From Verrucomicrobiota bacterium (GTDB lineage: Bacteria; Verrucomicrobiota; Lentisphaeria; Lentisphaerales; Lentisphaeraceae): a stretch of 16,741 nucleotides of DNA. The stretch spans positions 1 through 16,741 of the forward strand of contig JBDKFG010000086.1 in assembly GCA_039798785.1 (NCBI GenBank), in the 5' to 3' direction. Below are positions 1 through 7,927 of this stretch, piece by piece (within the stretch, counting starts at the first letter, position 1; every line of letters starts with the position of its first letter). Made by a program: the position numbers and the translations under genes. The notes under the pieces are model-generated. The model worked only from the letters and a program-made list of their open reading frames with translations. It was not told the DNA's origin and ran no database searches.

Positions 1-99
1 GCCGTCGCCGGCCAGCTCATCGCCTACTACGCCGCCGCCGCCCGCGGCTGCTCCATCGACCAGCCGCGCAATCTCGCCAAGTCGGTGACGGTGGAGTGA
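1..99 (+). CDS. glmS: Glutamine--fructose-6-phosphate aminotransferase, C-terminal fragment (5' part outside the window)
   Basis: Frame 1 reads [32 protein letters not shown] (TGA at 97-99). [13 protein letters not shown] is the hallmark GlmS C-terminus. Confidence 0.96.
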   Translation, partial: AVAGQLIAYYAAAARGCSIDQPRNLAKSVTVE

Positions 100-201
100 G
101 TCAGGGCAAGCGGCCTCATAGACGATGCTCATGCATGGCAAGGCGTTCGACAGATTGAGTCAGACAAGGAGCTGCATGGCAGTGAGCACCCCGCTTTCGG
201 G

Positions 202-1245
202 TCAGAAGAGCTCGCCTTGTCGGGGCTCGGACGGCAGGCCTAAAAGAGCGCGGGCGCGGTCACTGGTGACGCGTCCGCGAGGAGTACGGACGAGGTACCC
301 TTCCTGGATGAGGTAGGGCTCGATCACTTCTTCGATAGTGCCGGCATCTTCACCCATGACCACGGCGATGTTTTTGACCCCGACGGGGCCGCCGCCGAAC
401 TTGAAGGTCAAAGCCTCGAGATAGCGCTTGTCGTATTCATCGAGTCCGTTGACATCGACATCCTTCATCGCCAAGGCCTTGTCGGCGGTGTCGCGCGTTA
501 TGGTGCCGTCGGCGCGGATCAATGCGTAGTCGCGAACCCATTGCAGGAGCTGGTTGGCGATCCGCGGCGTGCCGCGGCTGCGTCGGGCGATCTCGAAGCA
601 GCCTTCGTCGACGGCGGCGACTTTGAGGAGTCCGGCGGAGCGGATGAGTATGTGCTTGAGCTCTTCGGCCTTGTAGTAGTCGAGGCGATGGACGTGCTGG
701 CAGCGGGAGCGCAGCGGCGCTGAGATCAGGCCGAGGCGGGTGGTGGCGCCGATGAGAGTGAATTTGGGGATGTTTAGCCGTACCGAACGGGCGCCGACGC
801 CCTGGTCGATCATGATGTCGATGTAGTAGTCCTCCATGGCGGAATAGAGGTATTCCTCGATGGCGATGGGCATGCGGTGGATCTCATCGATGAAGAGGAC
901 GTCGCCTTCCTGCAGCGAGGTGAGGAGGCCGGCGAGGTCGCCGGGCTTTTCGAGGACCGGGCCGGAGGAGGTCTTGATGTTGACGCCGCGTTCGGCGGCG
1001 ACGATATGGGCCAAGGTGGTTTTGCCCAGACCAGGCGGGCCGGAGAGGATGAAGTGGCCGAGGGGTTCGCCGCGCTGTTTCGACGCTTGCACGACGATGT
1101 CGAGGCGTTCCTTCACCGCATCTTGACCGGGGAAGTCGATGAATCTTTTCGGTCTCAGGATGTTGTCAAGATCGCCGCCTTCCTTCTTCAGGGTCGAGGT
1201 GAAGAGGCGTTCAGCGCCTGCGGGTTCTTTCGGTTTTGACGCCAT
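202..1245 (-). CDS. ruvB: Holliday junction branch migration DNA helicase RuvB
   Basis: 347 aa with LRPKRF, Walker [12 protein letters not shown], Walker [40 protein letters not shown], and [18 protein letters not shown]. Confidence 0.98.
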   Translation of the reverse strand: MASKPKEPAGAERLFTSTLKKEGGDLDNILRPKRFIDFPGQDAVKERLDIVVQASKQRGEPLGHFILSGPPGLGKTTLAHIVAAERGVNIKTSSGPVLEKPGDLAGLLTSLQEGDVLFIDEIHRMPIAIEEYLYSAMEDYYIDIMIDQGVGARSVRLNIPKFTLIGATTRLGLISAPLRSRCQHVHRLDYYKAEELKHILIRSAGLLKVAAVDEGCFEIARRSRGTPRIANQLLQWVRDYALIRADGTITRDTADKALAMKDVDVNGLDEYDKRYLEALTFKFGGGPVGVKNIAVVMGEDAGTIEEVIEPYLIQEGYLVRTPRGRVTSDRARALLGLPSEPRQGELF

Positions 1246-1307
1246 GAGAAAGGAGATCCGGTAAACTGGGTTGGCGGAAACGAGGGGGGCGGCCGCGCCC
1301 CAGGAGA

Positions 1308-1940
1308 TTATCGGTTCAGCTCGGCGAGAGACTGTTTGACGAGGTGTTCGGAGCTGCGTTTATCAGGGGGTGACTTGGCGAAGATCTCCTTCACCGTCTT
1401 GCGGACCGTGTCGGGCCGGTAGCCGAGAGCTTCGAGGGCGAGGCAGGCGTCCATCAGTACCGGGCCGTCTTCGGCCGCGACATCCTCCAGGCCTTGCGCC
1501 GGCGTCGGCCCGCCGATCTTGCTGCCGCCGAGGGCCAGGGCTCCGACCTTGTCGCGCAATTCGACCACCATCCGCTCGGCGGTTTTCTTGCCGACGCCGT
1601 TGATCTTGGACAGCAGCTTGACATCGGCATCCAGCAGGGCCTGGGCGAAGTTTTTCACCGGCAGGCAGGAGAGTACCGCCAAGGCGGTTTTCGGGCCGAT
1701 GCCGCTGACTCCGGTGACGAGGCGGAAGAGAGTCCGCTCCTCTTCGCTGGCGAAGCCGTAGAGCAGCCATTCGTCCTCCCGCACCACGAGATGGGTGCGG
1801 AGGACGACCTGGGCGCCTGGCCGCGGCAGGCGATCGTAGGTGCTCATCGGGATGCTGACGAAATAGCCGATGCCGCCGCAATCGATCACCGCATGGGTGA
1901 GTTCGAGTTCTGCAAGTGTGCCTTTGAGGTGGTGGATCAT
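1308..1940 (-). CDS. ruvA: Holliday junction branch migration protein RuvA
   Basis: The true start is probably MIHHLKG (ATG at 1940), giving 210 aa. It has an OB-fold N-terminus (GIGYFV, HLVVRED..LYGF), HhH motifs [10 protein letters not shown] and [19 protein letters not shown], and a C-terminal ALEALGY domain III. It lies immediately upstream of ruvB. Confidence 0.97.
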   Translation of the reverse strand: MIHHLKGTLAELELTHAVIDCGGIGYFVSIPMSTYDRLPRPGAQVVLRTHLVVREDEWLLYGFASEEERTLFRLVTGVSGIGPKTALAVLSCLPVKNFAQALLDADVKLLSKINGVGKKTAERMVVELRDKVGALALGGSKIGGPTPAQGLEDVAAEDGPVLMDACLALEALGYRPDTVRKTVKEIFAKSPPDKRSSEHLVKQSLAELNR

Positions 1941-2037
1941 GATCTTGAATAGCCTAATTTCATTTTGTGTCGGCCTGAAGATACACGGGTTTTGACAAGT
2001 CCGCTGCGCGGCGAGGGGAAAACCCTGCAGGAAAAGC

Positions 2038-3315
2038 TCAGCTCCAATTGAGCGGTGCGGCGGCATCGCCATGTGCGGGCTGGGCCTCGCCGGCCCAGGC
2101 GAGGAGGAGGCTGTGGAGGGCGTTGAGGGACTGTCCGGGGAAGGAGAGGCAGCGGCCGGGCCGGAGGCGGCCGCCGGCGCCGCCGGCGAGGATGAGGGGA
2201 AGGTCGGCGTGGTCATGGCGGTCGCCATCGTTGATGCAGGAGGCGAAGATGACGGCGCAGTTGTCGAGAAGCGAAGCGGAGCCTTCCTTGATGACAGCGA
2301 GGGACTGGAGGAAGGCGGCGAATTCCTCGATGTGCCAGCGGTCGATCTCGGCGAGCTGAGCCAGCTTGGCGGGATCGCGTTGGTGGTGGGAGAGGGTGTG
2401 GTGACCTTCGCCGTGGCCGAGCCAATGATGGACGCGGTTGCTGCCGCCGTTGCCGAGCATCAAGGTGGCGACGCGGGTGCGGTCGAGACGGAAGGCTTCG
2501 GCGAGTATCCGGTAGAACTGGCGGAGGTGCTCGCGGGGATCGGGCGGGATGCCGTCGGGGATCGGGATCTTCGGCATGGGGAGGGATTGTCCGGCGGTGG
2601 CGGCGCGGGTTTCGGTACGGCACTCCTCCAGGCTGGCTAGATAGGCGTCGAGACCGTCGGAGCGCCCCAGCTCGCCGGCCTGCCTCCTCGCCAATGGAGT
2701 CACGGCTTCGAGCTGCTCCGCCTGAAGCCGCCTGCCGGCTTCGTCGGCGAGGCGGGCGGGCTCGCCGAAGAGGCGGCGGAAGGCATTGCGGGGATCGCAT
2801 TCCTTGCCGGCCGGCCGGGTCGGCGAGGACCAGGACAAGTTGTTGCTGTAGGCGCAGGAATAGCCGGAGTCGCAGGTGCCGGCGGCCCGCCCCGGCTCGA
2901 GTCCGAGTTCGAGGCTGGGGACGGGGGCCCGCATCGAGGGCAGCGCGGCGAGACGCTGATCGACGCTGATGCCGGCTTGCAGGCCGGTCTTGTCGAGGCG
3001 GACCCCGGTGAGAAAGCAGCCGACCTCCCTGGCGTGGTCACCGGCGCCGTCCGGCCCGGCGAAGGCGGCTTTCTGCTGCAATCCGCGGATCAGGGAGAAC
3101 TGCGACGTGAGATCCTGCAGCGGCGCCAGGCTGGCGGGGAGTCTGCCGAGGGGGCCGGCCGGCACCGGGTGATGCCAATGGGCGCCGACGACGCCGTTGG
3201 GCTGGTAGACATAGAGGATCCGAAGCGGCGCTTCGGATACGTACGAGGCGCGGCCGGGGAGGGCGGCGCCGGCAAGAGCGGCGAGGCCGACGATTGTCTG
3301 GCGGCGGTCAAGCAT
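2038..3315 (-). CDS. DUF1552 family protein with Tat-like signal (partner of PSD cytochrome c)
   Basis: N-terminal DRRQTIVGLAALAGAALP twin-arginine-like leader. Motifs YQPNGV, GAGDHA, ISVDQ, SLELG, CDSGYSCAYSNNLSW, D.TRVATLML, HHTLSHH, SLLDN and H...DLP.ILAG are typical of DUF1552. It lies 11 bp downstream of the DUF1592-type gene, the usual pairing. Confidence 0.88.
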   Translation of the reverse strand: MLDRRQTIVGLAALAGAALPGRASYVSEAPLRILYVYQPNGVVGAHWHHPVPAGPLGRLPASLAPLQDLTSQFSLIRGLQQKAAFAGPDGAGDHAREVGCFLTGVRLDKTGLQAGISVDQRLAALPSMRAPVPSLELGLEPGRAAGTCDSGYSCAYSNNLSWSSPTRPAGKECDPRNAFRRLFGEPARLADEAGRRLQAEQLEAVTPLARRQAGELGRSDGLDAYLASLEECRTETRAATAGQSLPMPKIPIPDGIPPDPREHLRQFYRILAEAFRLDRTRVATLMLGNGGSNRVHHWLGHGEGHHTLSHHQRDPAKLAQLAEIDRWHIEEFAAFLQSLAVIKEGSASLLDNCAVIFASCINDGDRHDHADLPLILAGGAGGRLRPGRCLSFPGQSLNALHSLLLAWAGEAQPAHGDAAAPLNWS

Positions 3316-3326
3316 GAAGTGTTCTC

Positions 3327-5432
3327 CTAGTCGCTGCCGTGTTTCTGGAAAGCGTCACTGTTGACCAGCTCCCACAGCATTCCCCGGACGCCGGACTTCG
3401 AGCGGCTGAGGCGGTCGAGCAGGGCTTCATCGGCATCCTCAGGCTCTCTTCCGAGGGCGAGAATGAAGAACTTCAGCGCCAAGGCCCGGCGGAGCTGGAA
3501 CTCTTCCGCGGCCAGGATCTGCTGGAGCTGCCGGAGGCCGACGATCCGCCTTCCGTCTGGCAGATGGCCAGAGAAATCCTCGGATCCGGCCGGACGAAAG
3601 CGCCCGAGGGGATCGAGCTCCTCGAGGGCGAAGCCCAGGGGGTCGATGCTGCGGTGGCAGCTGGCGCAAGAGGCTTTGCTGCGGTGGGCCGCGAGACGTT
3701 CGCGAGCGTTGCCCTGGGCGGCTGGGCCGGATTCGGCGAGGGAGCCGGCATCGGGAGGAGCGGGTGGCGGAGGCCGGGCGAGGAAATCGCCGAGGACGGC
3801 GCTGCCGCGCAGGACAGGGCTGCTGCGGCGGGGGCGGCTGGTGACGGCGGCGAAGGCGAGGGTGCCGAGCAGGCCGCCGCGCCGCAATTCCGAAGTAGGC
3901 AGTTCGACGCGACGGAAGCCGTCGCCGCCGCTCCAGGGCAGCCGGTAATGCTGAGCGAGTTCACGGTCGAGCCAGGTCCAGGAAGCGTCGACCAATTCGC
4001 GGGCGGGGCGGTCGCGGCGGATCATGTCGGTGAGGACGAGCTCGGCCTGGCGGCGGGCCGCCAGGCGCAGGGAGGGCTTCCACACGGCGGCGAAATCTCC
4101 TTGCGGCTGCCATTCCTCGAGGAGGTGGAAGCCGAAGCCGAGTCCGGCGCTGCGGCGTCCGAGGCTGTCTGAGCCGTCGACGAGGCGGTCGAAGTGGCTT
4201 TTCAAGTCGCGACGGAGCCTGCCGGCCTCGGCGCTGGCGAGCAGGATCTCGTCGGGTGCGGCGCCGGAAAGGAAGAAGCTGAGACGGGAGGCGAGTTCGA
4301 CTTCCGGCAGGGGACGGAGGCCGGCGCTGCGGCTTTCGATCCGGAAGACGAAGGCGGGGGCGGCGAGGACGGCAAAGGCGGCGCGGCGAAGGGCGGCGGC
4401 GCGGCTTTCGCCCGGAGCCGGCACGGCGAGAGCGGCGAAGGGCGGCCACTCCGACTCGGCCGGCTGTCGCCTCCAGGCGAGGCGGGCGAAGCTTTTCAAG
4501 CCTCCCTCCTGCTGCAGCAAGCCAGCTGCGAGGCTCGGCGCCTGAGCGTTCCTGAATTCGACCCGGGCAAGCTGGAAATTGCGATCGAGCTTGCGTGCCG
4601 GCTCGTAGAAGTCGTTGAGAAATTCCAGCTCGACGCGGTTCTCCCCGGGGCGCAAGTCGACCTCGATATCGCGGCCCTTCCCGGAAGCGTCGCAATCGAA
4701 GGTCTCGCCGGCCTTGCCGTTGATCCAGCAGCGAAGGCGGCCGGGGCCTTGCCCGACCTCGTTGCAGGAAGCGAATAGCCGCAGCTTCCAGGCGCCGCCC
4801 GATGGCGTCGAGAAGTTGGCGGCGAGGCGCCCATTGGTCCATAGGCTGGCCTCGGTTTCGACCTGGCCCAGACCTTCGACGACCTGGAAGCTGGCGGCGG
4901 CGAGAAGGATCGTGCCCTGGCCCGGCTCCGGCAGCTCGCGCTCAAGGAGGCTGCGGCAGATCTCAAGATGGAGCCGTGTCCATAGCGGATTGACCCCGAG
5001 ACTTGAGCCGATGGTGTCGAATCCCGCCATCAGGTCGTCGGCGGGGAGGCGGGGCAGGGCGCCCGGCCCTTGGAAGAGACCGGATCCGAAGAGCTGCTCG
5101 AGACAGGCTTCGTATTCGCTCCGGTTGAGGCGTCGAACCGGAGCGTTGGGAGCATGGGGTGCGGCAGTAGCGAAGGCTTTCCGGCGACCTTCGCCGATCC
5201 ACTCGATAAGCCGCTTGCGGGCTTCGTCACCCAGCGGCGGCTCCGAGGTCGGCGGCATCAGGCCGGCTCGCAGCTGCTCTTCGGCACGGCGCCACAAGGA
5301 ATGCTGCGAAAATGCGGCGCCCTCCAGGACGATCCGGCCCTTGGCGGATTCGCGGTCGTGGCATTCGAGGCAACCCGATTCTTCAGGCGGCGTAAGAGCC
5401 AGCGCCAGCGTCGCGATGCAGACCGGAAACAT
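3327..5432 (-). CDS. Planctomycete-type diheme cytochrome c with PSD domains (DUF1587/1595/1592/1588/1585) and a CBM-like insert
   Basis: Signal-like N-terminus followed by CxxCH at CLECH (with downstream MPP) and at CASCH. Also RRLNRSEY and GFDTIG (DUF1587), FARLAWRR (DUF1595), ELASRLSFFL..APD..LL (DUF1592), RGGLLG and SSPVLRG...CASCH..IDPLGFALE..D.LGRFR (DUF1588), and ALGR near the C-terminus (DUF1585). Confidence 0.88.
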   Translation of the reverse strand: MFPVCIATLALALTPPEESGCLECHDRESAKGRIVLEGAAFSQHSLWRRAEEQLRAGLMPPTSEPPLGDEARKRLIEWIGEGRRKAFATAAPHAPNAPVRRLNRSEYEACLEQLFGSGLFQGPGALPRLPADDLMAGFDTIGSSLGVNPLWTRLHLEICRSLLERELPEPGQGTILLAAASFQVVEGLGQVETEASLWTNGRLAANFSTPSGGAWKLRLFASCNEVGQGPGRLRCWINGKAGETFDCDASGKGRDIEVDLRPGENRVELEFLNDFYEPARKLDRNFQLARVEFRNAQAPSLAAGLLQQEGGLKSFARLAWRRQPAESEWPPFAALAVPAPGESRAAALRRAAFAVLAAPAFVFRIESRSAGLRPLPEVELASRLSFFLSGAAPDEILLASAEAGRLRRDLKSHFDRLVDGSDSLGRRSAGLGFGFHLLEEWQPQGDFAAVWKPSLRLAARRQAELVLTDMIRRDRPARELVDASWTWLDRELAQHYRLPWSGGDGFRRVELPTSELRRGGLLGTLAFAAVTSRPRRSSPVLRGSAVLGDFLARPPPPAPPDAGSLAESGPAAQGNARERLAAHRSKASCASCHRSIDPLGFALEELDPLGRFRPAGSEDFSGHLPDGRRIVGLRQLQQILAAEEFQLRRALALKFFILALGREPEDADEALLDRLSRSKSGVRGMLWELVNSDAFQKHGSD

Positions 5433-5506
5433 GCGGACCTCCTCAAGTCTTCAGGCCCAATCTAGCGCCATAAGCCTCTTCGGAAGAGATTTCCCGTCAA
5501 TGAATT

Positions 5507-6754
5507 TCACATCGGACGACCTAGTTTGAAGGGGGCCAGGTCGACTTCGGGGCTGAGACCGCAGATCGCCTGGGCGGCCAGTCGGCCGGAGATGGCCCCG
5601 AGGGTCAGTCCTTCCATGTTGTGGCCGGCGTTGACGAAGAGATTCGGGCTTGCCGGGGCCCAGCCGATGAAGGGCAGGCCGTCGGGGGTCATCGGCCGCC
5701 AGCCCCACCACTTCTCCTGCACCGGCTCGGCCGTCGCCTCAAGCAGGTAGCGTTGGGCGGTGCGGACGATGTAGCCGATGCGTTTGTCGTTGAAGCTGTC
5801 GTCGTAGCCGGCGAACTCCATCGTCGAGCCGAGGCGGTAGCCGCTCTTGAAGGGCGTCACCACCACCTTGTCTTCGTTGAAGATCATCGGCAGCACCGGG
5901 CCCTTCTTCGGCTGCGGCATGGTGATCGAATAGCCCTTGCCGGGCTGGATGTCGAGACGGGCACCGACGGCTTCTTCGAGCTTGGGGGCCCAGGCACCGG
6001 TGGCGAGGACGAAGGTGTCGCCCGAGATCGATCCCGCTTGAACCGTCTCGACCGCGACGATCTTTCCGCCTTCTCGGATCAGGCGCCGGACTTCGGTCTT
6101 GTCGAGGATTTTGACGCCGCGTTTGACCAAGGCGGCCGCCATCTGTTTCATCAAGACATCGGGGCGGAGGTGGGTATCCTCTTCGCAGACCCAGGCGCCG
6201 ACGCTGCTGCCGGGGCGGATGCCCGGTTCGAGCTCGAGGAGCTGCTTTTCGTCGAGCTTTTTCCAGTGCTGGCCGAAGTCGCGGCAGAGCTCTTCGGCTT
6301 CGCCGGCGAGGCCGTCGAGTCCTTTCTGGGTGCGGTAGATGAAGAGGCCGCCCTTGCGTTCGAACTCGGGGTCGAGCCCTTCCGCGGCGAAGAATTCGGT
6401 CCAGCTCGACTCCGCCTTGGCGAGAAGCGAGAACTTGGCCAGGGCCGCCTGCTTGGCGTCCCGATCGTTGCAGCGCAGGGCGAAGCGGGTGAGGAAGCCC
6501 CAGAGACGGGGATTCCACCGCAAGGGCATCGCCACCGGCGCATCCTTGCTCATCATCAGCTTCATCACTTTGGTGACGGCGCCGGGGATGGCCAGCGGAT
6601 AGACGTGGCTGGGGCAGATCAGGCCGCAGTTGCCCCAGGAGCATTCCCGGCCGAGATCTCCCTTGTCGATCAGGGTGACTTCGACGCCGCGACGGCGGAG
6701 TTCGAGCGCGGTGGCCAAGCCGATGACGCCGCCGCCGATGATGACTGTGTGCAT
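5507..6754 (-). CDS. FAD-dependent D-amino acid dehydrogenase (DadA/DAO family), probably D-hydroxyproline dehydrogenase
   Basis: The likely start is MHTVIIGGGVIG (Rossmann GxGxxG; ATG at 6754), giving 415 aa. Motifs SWGNCGLI, VLATGAW, PGKGYSIT, WWGWRPMTPDGLPFIG and NAGH..GLTL are present. The substrate is inferred from the adjacent hydroxyproline epimerase. Confidence 0.85.
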   Translation of the reverse strand: MHTVIIGGGVIGLATALELRRRGVEVTLIDKGDLGRECSWGNCGLICPSHVYPLAIPGAVTKVMKLMMSKDAPVAMPLRWNPRLWGFLTRFALRCNDRDAKQAALAKFSLLAKAESSWTEFFAAEGLDPEFERKGGLFIYRTQKGLDGLAGEAEELCRDFGQHWKKLDEKQLLELEPGIRPGSSVGAWVCEEDTHLRPDVLMKQMAAALVKRGVKILDKTEVRRLIREGGKIVAVETVQAGSISGDTFVLATGAWAPKLEEAVGARLDIQPGKGYSITMPQPKKGPVLPMIFNEDKVVVTPFKSGYRLGSTMEFAGYDDSFNDKRIGYIVRTAQRYLLEATAEPVQEKWWGWRPMTPDGLPFIGWAPASPNLFVNAGHNMEGLTLGAISGRLAAQAICGLSPEVDLAPFKLGRPM

Positions 6755-6767
6755 GATGAACCTAGGG

Positions 6768-6875
6768 TTGGAAGGGTTGAAAGCTTGAAAGGTTTGAAAG
6801 GTTTGAAGCAGCAACGGGGTCGCTGAGTCTTAAGTCGCTGAGTCCAGCTGTTCGGTTGTCGGCCTTTCAACCTTC
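6768..6875. repeat. Intergenic short tandem repeat (about 5 x TTGAAAGGT-like 8-9-mers) with a GTCGCTGAGTC direct repeat and one inverted copy of the unit
   Basis: Units ttggaaggg/ttgaaagc/ttgaaaggt/ttgaaaggt/ttgaagca at 6768-6810. gtcgctgagtc occurs at 6819-6829 and 6834-6844. cctttcaaccttc at 6863-6875 is the reverse complement of the tandem unit. Confidence 0.8.
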
Positions 6876-6881
6876 TTTGAT

Positions 6882-7841
6882 TCAGATGCCGTGCTTGAAT
6901 TCGTCGGCTTCTTCGCAGATGACGCGAAGGTCGCCGTTGACATAAGCGGTGCCGGTGATGATCGGGGTGATCTTGCCGGCCGAAGCGGCCTTGTAGGAGG
7001 CTTCGAAGACCGAGCCGATGACCGATTGCTGGCGCCAGATCTGGCCGGGCATCAGCTTGCCGGCGGCGGCCAGGCAGGCGACCTTGGCGCTGGTTCCGGT
7101 GCCACAGGGGCTGCGGTCGTATTGGGCTCCCGGGCAGAGGACGAAGGAGCGCGAATCGGCGATTGCCGGCGAGCTCGGTGCGCCAAAAAGCTCGACATGG
7201 TCGATGCGCCCAGAGTTGAGCTCAAGCAGCGCTTTGAGACCGGAGTCGTCGATCGCCTTCTGGATCGCCAGAGAAGTCTTCAGAAGCTCGGGAATCAAAG
7301 CCGGTTCGACCTGGAGACCGTGGTCGCTGACCAGGAAGAACCAGTTGCCGCCCCAGGCGAGATCGCCGTGCACCGTGCGGCCCAGTTCGGGCACTTCCAG
7401 CGGGATCGATGATTCCAGTCGGAAGCTCGGGACGTTCTCCAGGGTGACGCGGCGGCCGCACTCGTGAATGGTGGCGCTGACCGCTCCGACCGGCGTTTCG
7501 ATCCGCAGGATCCCAGGCTTGACCTTGCCTAGCCAAGCCAGCGAGGCGCCCAGGCCGATGGTTCCGTGGCCGCACATGCCGAGATAGCCGACGTTGTTGA
7601 AGAAAATGATCCCGACGTCGCAACTCTTATCCAGAGGCTCGACCAGACAGGCTCCGACCATGACCTCCGAACCACGCGGTTCGGTGCAGAGGCTGCGACG
7701 TACCCAGTCATGTTTCGTTTCCAGTATCTCAAGTCGCTGCTTGACACTCAGTCCGGACGCTGCCGAGTGCACTTCAGCTGGCAGACCTTCGACGACGAGA
7801 CGGGTGGGCTCGCCCCCCGTATGGGAATCAATGACGCGCAT
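6882..7841 (-). CDS. 4-hydroxyproline 2-epimerase (proline racemase family)
   Basis: The likely start is MRVIDSHTGGEPTR (ATG at 7841, preceded by an AAGGAG Shine-Dalgarno), giving 319 aa. The catalytic Cys pair lies in FFNNVGYLGMCGHGTIG and DRSPCGTGTSAK. EPRGS and WGGNWF match the HyPRE subgroup. Confidence 0.9.
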   Translation of the reverse strand: MRVIDSHTGGEPTRLVVEGLPAEVHSAASGLSVKQRLEILETKHDWVRRSLCTEPRGSEVMVGACLVEPLDKSCDVGIIFFNNVGYLGMCGHGTIGLGASLAWLGKVKPGILRIETPVGAVSATIHECGRRVTLENVPSFRLESSIPLEVPELGRTVHGDLAWGGNWFFLVSDHGLQVEPALIPELLKTSLAIQKAIDDSGLKALLELNSGRIDHVELFGAPSSPAIADSRSFVLCPGAQYDRSPCGTGTSAKVACLAAAGKLMPGQIWRQQSVIGSVFEASYKAASAGKITPIITGTAYVNGDLRVICEEADEFKHGI

Positions 7842-7881
7842 CTTCCGGGCTCCTTTTTTGTAGGGAACCAAGCTACATCAT

Positions 7882-7897
7882 TTGCAATTGTACGCAA
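7882..7897 (-). promoter_or_regulatory. Possible operator/-10 element upstream of the epimerase-dehydrogenase pair
   Basis: AT-rich spacer containing the palindrome TTGC-N8-GCAA (7882-7897), which overlaps a TACAAT hexamer on the minus strand (7887-7892). No good -35 element is visible. Confidence 0.3.
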
Positions 7898-7901
7898 TAT
7901 C

Positions 7902-7927
7902 AAAAATAGAGATTCCTGTTTGGAATC
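7902..7927 (-). terminator. Weak putative intrinsic terminator after the kinase gene
   Basis: The minus strand reads GATTCC-aaaca-GGAATC (6-bp stem overlapping the stop codon) followed by TCTATTTTT. Confidence 0.3.

Noticed and set aside
100..201. Short repeats (tgagtcag, tgcatggca, tgctca/tgagca) and a small hairpin between convergent glmS and ruvB; 63-aa ORF 125..316
   Set aside because: The repeats are too short to distinguish from chance and there is no U-tailed stem. The ORF overlaps ruvB antisense. A glmS ribozyme would lie upstream of glmS, outside the window.
1941..2228. 96-aa Pro/Ser-rich N-terminal extension of RuvA in the ORF track
   Set aside because: It overlaps the DUF1552 3' end in another frame. 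RuvA homology begins at MIHHLKG (1940).
6755..6814. N-terminal extension MLLQTFQTFQAFNPSNPRFI of the dehydrogenase
   Set aside because: It is simply the translation of the intergenic 9-bp repeat. The Rossmann motif begins right after the ATG at 6754.
2071..6826. Numerous overlapping ORFs (e.g. 3339..4172, 3961..4842, 4615..5529, 5621..6826, 5739..6644)
   Set aside because: They are Arg/Pro/Ala/Gly-rich alternative-frame or antisense products of well-supported genes in GC-rich DNA.
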